From an uncultured delta proteobacterium (lineage in GTDB: Bacteria; Desulfobacterota; Desulfobacteria; Desulfobacterales; JAHEIW01), in NCBI GenBank assembly GCA_963706575.1, contig CAVPNL010000006.1:864001-928000 (forward strand): a stretch of 64,000 nucleotides of DNA, read 5' to 3'. The number at the start of each line of letters is the position of its first letter. Position 1 is the stretch's first letter. Positions 57,909-64,000 of this stretch are shown here, in pieces. The translations under genes and the position numbers were made by a program. The notes beneath the pieces were generated by a model. It saw nothing but the letters and a program-made list of their open reading frames with translations. It made no database searches and was not told where the DNA came from.

Positions 57909-59864
57909 TTAATCCGTCTGCGGTTCATCTTGTTTATATAGTTTTATTGCGCCTTCTTTGACGGTGCCCATCTGGCCTTGCTTATTTTTTAAAATTTCCT
58001 GGGCCTCCAGCGGGCTTTTGATGACGCGCGGGGTCAGGAAAATATAGAGATTGGTTTTTTGGTTGGTTTCGGTTCGTTTGCGAAACAGCCATCCCAATAC
58101 GGGAATGTCGCCCAGAACGGGAACTTTGGTGTCATTGCGCGTGCTGGAGTCATCAATCAGACCGCCGATCACCACTGTCTGGCTGTCTTTGACGATAACG
58201 GTGGTATCCACCGTGCGCTTCTGGGTTACCGGAAGGGTGGATGCGGTGGTCAGGGTCGAGGCCAGGTCGATGTTGGTCACCTCCAGGGAAATTTTCATGC
58301 GTATCAGGCGGCCTTCGGTCACGTGCGGGGTGATTTTTAAGATTTTACCGACATCCCGGTATTCAAAGGACTCAAATGTTCCTCCCGAAGTATCGGTGGT
58401 GGCTCGGGTCTGATAGGGCCGGTTTTCGCCCACTGTAATCCGGGCTTCCTCGTTATCGGTGGTTAAAATCTGGGGCGTGGATAAAATGCGAAATTCATCA
58501 TCGGTTTTGACGGCCTTTATGATCGCGGAGATGTTAGAAACCGTTATTCCGGCGATTTCGGTCGTGCCGTGGAGCAAGCCAGCCGCAAACCCCCCTGCAA
58601 ACGGATTTCTGGGAAGTCCGCTGCCCGGATCCAAACTCGGCTGGATGGAATCGCTAAAAGCTGCACCTACGTTTGTACCTCCTGTCTCCCCAAACGCCTG
58701 CCAGTCGATACCGATCTCCAGGCTGGTGTCCATGTTCACCTCCATGATAAGCGATTCGATAAAAACCATGGAGCGCGGGATATCCAGTTTTTTGATGACC
58801 TCTCGCAGGACGATGTAGTCTTCCTGATCGGCCATAATGATGAGGCTGTTGGTGGCTTTGTCAGCAGATATTTTAACCTTGCCGGAGACTGCCGCTGCAG
58901 CGGCTTTGCCCTTGGGGGCACCCGCCTGCTGGGTGGGCACTTCCTGCAGCACTTTGGCCAGTTCTTCGGCGGTTGCGTTTTCACAATAGTAAACATGGAT
59001 TTTCCCCTTGCCCCGGGGGGCTTCCTTGTCAATCATGGCAATCAGTTGCTTGATCCGGAGGGTGTCCACTTCATTTGCCAGCAGGACAATGATGTTGGTG
59101 CGCTCGTCAGCCACCATGGTGACTGCTTTTTCCGGGGCACCTTTAACCGGCTTTCTGGTCGGCTTAAATACCGTGCTTAACAGGCTCACCATTTTGGTAG
59201 AATCCGCATATTCGATCGGAATGACCGAAATTTCCTGGCCGATGCCGGGCACATCGATTTGTTTTAGGATCTTGAACAACCGCTGGATGTTGGAATACAC
59301 ATCGGTGATAATCATCATATTGGTTGGCTGGTAGGCCAAGATGACACTGCTTTTTGAAATCATGGGGGTAAACAGTCGTTTGATCTCAACCGGGTCGGCG
59401 TATTTTAACGGTATCAGCTGGGTGACGATTTTATCCTCGGGGTCGGCCGCTTCTTCACGCAGGCGGGTTTCAATGCTTTTTGAGCGCGCATCCGGTGAAG
59501 GCACAATTTTAACGATCTCGCCGGATTGCACCGTGGTGTAGCCGTGAACTTCCAGCACTGACTCAAATACTTTGTAGGCCTCTTTCAGCGATATTTTTGA
59601 GGGTGATATAATCGTCACTTTGCCTTTCACCCGCTGATCGACGACAAAATTGGTTGCGGTCAGTTCGCTCATAAACTTGATAAAAACATTGATATCCACA
59701 TTGTTGAAATCAATGGATACAAACTGGTCATTGCTTTCGGGCTTTTCGGGTGTTGATTTGGCCGTCTGAGCCATGCTGGAAGCGACCCAGAATGGATGAA
59801 TGCTGACCATAATTGCCAAAGCCGCGATAATCGGTATGAAAATTAATTTAAAATTTACTTTCAT
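57909..59864 (-). CDS. gspD: Type II secretion system secretin GspD
   Basis: N domains, ADKATNSLII, VIGGLI, KVPVLGDIPVLGWLF; alternative start at 59891. Confidence 0.95.
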   Translation of the reverse strand: MKVNFKLIFIPIIAALAIMVSIHPFWVASSMAQTAKSTPEKPESNDQFVSIDFNNVDINVFIKFMSELTATNFVVDQRVKGKVTIISPSKISLKEAYKVFESVLEVHGYTTVQSGEIVKIVPSPDARSKSIETRLREEAADPEDKIVTQLIPLKYADPVEIKRLFTPMISKSSVILAYQPTNMMIITDVYSNIQRLFKILKQIDVPGIGQEISVIPIEYADSTKMVSLLSTVFKPTRKPVKGAPEKAVTMVADERTNIIVLLANEVDTLRIKQLIAMIDKEAPRGKGKIHVYYCENATAEELAKVLQEVPTQQAGAPKGKAAAAAVSGKVKISADKATNSLIIMADQEDYIVLREVIKKLDIPRSMVFIESLIMEVNMDTSLEIGIDWQAFGETGGTNVGAAFSDSIQPSLDPGSGLPRNPFAGGFAAGLLHGTTEIAGITVSNISAIIKAVKTDDEFRILSTPQILTTDNEEARITVGENRPYQTRATTDTSGGTFESFEYRDVGKILKITPHVTEGRLIRMKISLEVTNIDLASTLTTASTLPVTQKRTVDTTVIVKDSQTVVIGGLIDDSSTRNDTKVPVLGDIPVLGWLFRKRTETNQKTNLYIFLTPRVIKSPLEAQEILKNKQGQMGTVKEGAIKLYKQDEPQTD

Positions 59865-59883
59865 TTTTTCCCAGCCATTTTTT

Positions 59884-60768
59884 CTATTCAATTTTATAAT
59901 TCAGGACCCGTTTCCGGCCGCGGCGCTTTATCTCCAGTTGGACTTCGGGAGTCGATGACAGGTCGCCAAAAATTTGCATCGCATCCTCCACCGATTCGAT
60001 GGGGGTGCCGTTGACGCCGGTAATGATGTCTCCATTGCGCAAGCGCATTTTCCTAAACATGGTGTTGGGTTTGATTGCCGTGATGGAAATTCCGGACGGT
60101 TTACCGTCTTCGATGTGCGGCCGGATGTTGGCCTGTTCCATGAGTTGATCGAGATTCTCCAGCGCATTTTCGATCTGATCACTTTTCAACGTGAGTTGAC
60201 GGGGATTAGGGGAAACCGGCAACCTGGGCGGTGAGGCCTCTTTTCTGGCAACCCGCGGACTCGATCCGCCCCCTTTTGCGGTTCCGGCTTCTTCCATCCC
60301 CAATACTTCATCGCGATCGTTTACACTCAAAACCACCTTTTGTCTTAATATCAATTTTACAGTGGCATCCTGGACGCTATCCCCGACGCGATACAGATTC
60401 TGCTGTCTGGTCTTCGTGTCTTCGATAACGGCATACGCCCGGCGCCCCTTGCCTGTTACCGTTCCCCATAACCTTAGCTTCAGATCCGTTTCTTTAAGAT
60501 TATCGACATTAATGGTCTTGGCAGGCGCTGCTACAACATCCGGGCTCGTGTTAAACAGGTTCCGTTTCGTAATGGCGCCATAGCGCGACAGCGGCGGATG
60601 ATCGTTTTGCTGTTTAAGGGTCACCTTATCCGGAAGGACCTGCGGCATTTCAACGGGGCTTAGCCAGGTCTTGCTGATGGTATAAACGGCGCTGACGCCA
60701 AGATAGACACCTGCGGTAATCAGCAGCACATTGGCGATCATAAAATATTTTTTAGCCGTCATCATCAT
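59884..60768 (-). CDS. gspC: Type II secretion system protein GspC with a PDZ domain
   Basis: TM segment, RNLF, LRLWGTV, YRVGD, C-terminal PDZ (LRNGDIITGVNG); operon position. Confidence 0.9.
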   Translation of the reverse strand: MMMTAKKYFMIANVLLITAGVYLGVSAVYTISKTWLSPVEMPQVLPDKVTLKQQNDHPPLSRYGAITKRNLFNTSPDVVAAPAKTINVDNLKETDLKLRLWGTVTGKGRRAYAVIEDTKTRQQNLYRVGDSVQDATVKLILRQKVVLSVNDRDEVLGMEEAGTAKGGGSSPRVARKEASPPRLPVSPNPRQLTLKSDQIENALENLDQLMEQANIRPHIEDGKPSGISITAIKPNTMFRKMRLRNGDIITGVNGTPIESVEDAMQIFGDLSSTPEVQLEIKRRGRKRVLNYKIE

Positions 60769-60811
60769 AGATTTAATCCAAAGACTGAACCCTTCTCTTT
60801 TGAAATGGGTT

Positions 60812-61675
60812 CTAGTTAAATGAATATTCGGGTGAATCCATGGTGCCGGTAATCTTAAATGGAAACCCCTGCTTATCCGAATTGCCGCCAGCGAAAAGTT
60901 GCGGAAGATTCTTTCCCAGCTTGGCCAGCAGCGCCGCTTGTGGATTTACCGTTCCGGACAAGTCCAATATTTTTCTTGCTGAACGACCGCTAAACTTAAT
61001 CGAACCCGAGATAAGGGCACCCAGCTGATTGCCTTCGATCTGACAGTGGTGAATGATCAAAGAACGGTTATTGAGCGCCAATTCAGCCTCGATTGTGTTA
61101 AAGGACAGCATGTTTTGATTCAGTACCGGGGGTGAAAATTCAATTTCCCCGTCAGTTAGAATCAGATCCCCATTTAACCCCTGATGGGGTGCTTTGGTTT
61201 TAAATGTCAGTGTGCCATCCAAATTGCCGGAAATTTTGTGGGTTGTTATGGCGCTTAATGCGTGCAGCTGTTTCACCTGTATTCCGACCAGATCCGCATC
61301 TATCGTCATCTCTCTGTTCGCAGAATTTTTGCTGATGTCCATCTGGCCTACTAAAGTACCGCCATAACCTTTACCCTTGAACGATAGATGGGTCGTTGAC
61401 AAAAATAATGATAAAATATCCGGAGATATTTTTAAGTTTTCCATCTCGGCCAGGGTCTGACCAAGATGGTATACGCTAACGTCATAAAGCTTTAAACCCG
61501 GTGGAAAACCCGGTTTTACCCGACCGATTTCTACCGCAAGGCCCGGGTGAACCTGGCGGACCTGATCCGCCAGATATTCTTTTACCGTGCCGGACGGAAA
61601 AAGAATATAAAAAAAGAGCAGAGCCGCACAAATTATGTAAATGACCCAAAAGATCTTAGCTTTAAAAACTTGCAT
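60812..61675 (-). CDS. gspN: Type II secretion system protein GspN
   Basis: N-terminal TM ending YILFP, C-terminal ITGTMDSP; lies between gspM and gspC. Confidence 0.8.
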   Translation of the reverse strand: MQVFKAKIFWVIYIICAALLFFYILFPSGTVKEYLADQVRQVHPGLAVEIGRVKPGFPPGLKLYDVSVYHLGQTLAEMENLKISPDILSLFLSTTHLSFKGKGYGGTLVGQMDISKNSANREMTIDADLVGIQVKQLHALSAITTHKISGNLDGTLTFKTKAPHQGLNGDLILTDGEIEFSPPVLNQNMLSFNTIEAELALNNRSLIIHHCQIEGNQLGALISGSIKFSGRSARKILDLSGTVNPQAALLAKLGKNLPQLFAGGNSDKQGFPFKITGTMDSPEYSFN

Positions 61676-62226
61676 CAGGTTTCCAGGGTTTCAACCTGCA
61701 AGATGACATTAACGAGACCCTCGTTTTTATCTTTTTTTGAGATCGAAAGCTTTTTTACGATGACCATGTTTTTTGATGTTTCGATACCGTACAGATAGCT
61801 GGTGAGCTGCTCCAGCGTGACGGCATCTATTTTCATTTCAACCCGTGAAAGCCTGTAGTTGCTGTTTTTCTGGACCGTATTTGAAGGCTTCATATAACTG
61901 ATGCGGTCCTTGATGCCGGCCTGACCGGCGAGCTGATCCATAAAGGAAAAAAGCGTAAATCCTTTTTCTCTTTTGCCGATGCTGATTTGTGACCGCTGCA
62001 ATTTTTCTTTCAGGGCACTGTGTTCTGCTTGAAGGCGGCGCATCTCTGCAAGCTCTGATTTTTTGGTCTGCAAGTTTCGCTGCATCTGGTTTTTATTTTC
62101 AACAAAAGGCGTGATGACAAACTGGACGATGATCAGTAATCCTAAGAGACAGCCAGCCCCGTAAATTATATATTTTTCGCGCCGATTGAGCTTTTTCAGA
62201 TTTAAATATTTTTTTATAAATTCCAT
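61675..62226 (-). CDS. gspM: Type II secretion system protein GspM
   Basis: LNRREK + TM + coiled coil; operon position. Confidence 0.8.
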   Translation of the reverse strand: MEFIKKYLNLKKLNRREKYIIYGAGCLLGLLIIVQFVITPFVENKNQMQRNLQTKKSELAEMRRLQAEHSALKEKLQRSQISIGKREKGFTLFSFMDQLAGQAGIKDRISYMKPSNTVQKNSNYRLSRVEMKIDAVTLEQLTSYLYGIETSKNMVIVKKLSISKKDKNEGLVNVILQVETLET

Positions 62227-62248
62227 ATTAAGTGTCTGTGCAAACGTA

Positions 62249-63700
62249 TTATAATTCCACCTTCAATATGAAACGCACCTCATTCCCCGAGCGATCGATG
62301 TTGGACGAGCTAATGGTGACTTTCTCAAATTGCGGGATCTGTTCCAGTCGACTTTTAATGCCGTCCACCGAGTTGTAGGTGTCGGTTGTACCGGAGATTA
62401 CCACATTATCCGGTTGAATGACCAGCCGGGTCAGGTTAACCGTGATGCTTTCAGGAATTTTCTCGCTGATGCTGTTTAAAATATCAATGCTGCGGATATG
62501 AGGCCCGGCTTCGGCTTCAAAGGTCGCAGTTTTTTTCGTTTCCCGGATCTTGGCCTGCATTTCCTGATATGGATATCGAATCGTCTTAACCGCCGGAAAT
62601 GTCGACTTAAACACTTGAGCCATCTGGCTGTTGATACGGCTGATGTGTTTATTTAATGTATACGATTCCATTATCAGGGTAAAAAAGAATAGCACCAGTA
62701 CAGCTGCTGCCAGGATGCCGGTTTTTATTAAGGGGCCTTTATGTTTGGATATAAATTTCTGGGCGGCAAACTGGCCCTTGTGGAAATTAAGGCCATCGTA
62801 ACCTTCGACTTCCATCAAGGCGAGCGCCAGGGCATTGTCCATTTTGGCCGGAATCCACGGGTTTTCCACCTTACTTTCCATTGGAATGTTCAGACGGTCT
62901 GCAATTGAGGCTGTCTTAACCGGGAGATCGAGTGCCCTGGATAGTTGCGGGATGATATCCGTTTCATCCAGCCCGATTCCATTGGCAAGCACTTCAATAG
63001 GTTCAAAATTCAATTCCGATGATTCCAAAAAGGCCGCCAGCGTTTGCTGGATTTGAGCGCAGAGCTGTGGCGCTTTAGAGGAGCCGGCGGGCGGTAATGG
63101 AAACGATCGTATCAGCTGCAGGCGGCCGCCCGCCAGGACAAAAAGGGTGCCGTAGGTATCATCAATTTCGATAAAAAGCTGGTCTTCTTCCGGATCGGCC
63201 TGGTTGGCCAGACACAGGGCAGTGGGCAACCCGCTGAGTGTCAGTTTTTCAGGGTCGGCTTGAATGGATGCCAGGGCATCCATATAGGGTGACAATTTGC
63301 TTTTTTCAATCGCCGCTGCGATGAGTTCAGTCTGCTCACCGGCCGTGGAGCTATCTAAGGTGTGAAAATCTATAACCAGATCTTCGGCGGCATAGGGCAG
63401 AGTGGTTTCGAGTTCAAAGGGCAGAACCATACGGATTTTTTTGGAATTGCTGAATGGGATCCGCAGGTTTCGGAAGATCGCCTGATTGGCGGGGATGGAA
63501 ACCACATAGTCACTACCGGTTAAGTCCATTTCTTCCGCCATGGTTTGCAGCGCGGACGACAGGCTTCTTTCCGGGTCTTCGGGACCGGAAAAGGGCAGGT
63601 GGATAAAATCTTCCACGCGGTGTTCCCGCAGGCTGCTGTGTAAAAGCACTGCCGTTACCGTTTCATTTCGGATATCGATGCCGAGGACTTTTCTACTCAT
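62249..63700 (-). CDS. gspL: Type II secretion system protein GspL (PilM/PilN-like domains)
   Basis: VLGIDI actin-like N-terminus, LPFELE, TM, PilN-like C-terminus. Confidence 0.85.
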   Translation of the reverse strand: MSRKVLGIDIRNETVTAVLLHSSLREHRVEDFIHLPFSGPEDPERSLSSALQTMAEEMDLTGSDYVVSIPANQAIFRNLRIPFSNSKKIRMVLPFELETTLPYAAEDLVIDFHTLDSSTAGEQTELIAAAIEKSKLSPYMDALASIQADPEKLTLSGLPTALCLANQADPEEDQLFIEIDDTYGTLFVLAGGRLQLIRSFPLPPAGSSKAPQLCAQIQQTLAAFLESSELNFEPIEVLANGIGLDETDIIPQLSRALDLPVKTASIADRLNIPMESKVENPWIPAKMDNALALALMEVEGYDGLNFHKGQFAAQKFISKHKGPLIKTGILAAAVLVLFFFTLIMESYTLNKHISRINSQMAQVFKSTFPAVKTIRYPYQEMQAKIRETKKTATFEAEAGPHIRSIDILNSISEKIPESITVNLTRLVIQPDNVVISGTTDTYNSVDGIKSRLEQIPQFEKVTISSSNIDRSGNEVRFILKVEL

Positions 63701-63755
63701 TAGCCATCTATTTTTTAAGTTAAAAATTTATTAGATGAAACAGTGAATAAGTTCT

Positions 63756-63806
63756 ACCACGAAAGCACGAAAATTCGAAAACACGAGATTGATAGTTTTC
63801 GTGCTT
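63756..63806. repeat. Degenerate periodic inverted repeat (CACGAAA units), right arm truncated
   Basis: ACCACGAAAGCACGAAAATTCGAAAACACGAGA versus TTTTCGTGCTT. Confidence 0.5.
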
Positions 63807-63832
63807 GTTTCTAGTTGCCTTGGTTCTGATTC

Positions 63833-64000
63833 TCACGAATCAGTTTGATAGCTTAAAATTTTGCAGGACCATTTGCCGGTTTTTTCATTTTTTAACCGTT
63901 GGACCACTGCGGTTGTGGTCAGCACGGAATCATTTACTTTTGCCGTCGAAATAATCCTGAAAATGTCACTTGCCGTGGTGATCAAATTTTTATCCAGATT
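63833..64000 (-). CDS. gspK: Type II secretion system protein GspK, C-terminal end (partial)
   Basis: Manual translation NLDKNLITTASDIFRIISTAKV...KILSYQTDS*; lies upstream of gspL. Confidence 0.65.
   Translation of the reverse strand, partial: NLDKNLITTASDIFRIISTAKVNDSVLTTTAVVQRLKNEKTGKWSCKILSYQTDS

Overview
A 64 kb chromosomal window that, from gene content, probably comes from an anaerobic Desulfobacterota (Desulfobacterales-like) bacterium; the taxonomy is an inference. Core genes include thrS, rnd, hrpA, a gcvT-glyA fusion, a Liv-type ABC transporter with a CaiC-like ligase and an enoyl-CoA hydratase, a TAXI-TRAP transporter, and the distal part of a type II secretion operon (gspK'-L-M-N-C-D-E). 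Main observations not shown by the ORF track: (1) two convergent genes each split by an in-frame UGA followed by a SECIS-like hairpin, namely a formate dehydrogenase alpha subunit and an HdrD/DsrK-like CCG-domain Fe-S oxidoreductase with probable Sec in its E-C-G-H motif; (2) a 580-bp AT-rich unit in which a GxxExxY PD-(D/E)xK nuclease gene is bracketed by 33-bp inverted repeats built from 10-bp periodic units, plus many gene-less intergenic elements of the same architecture and one repeat tract inside hrpA; (3) a MITE-like family with 17-bp TIRs and nested inserts; (4) GTAG- and GTGG-type REP doublets; (5) a 58-bp attC-like site behind an ankyrin gene; (6) signs of gene decay (a frameshifted ThDP enzyme, a BASS/SDR chimera, an AlkD-like stub). 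No rRNA, tRNA or CRISPR array was recognised. All family assignments are by motif recognition, without database searches.
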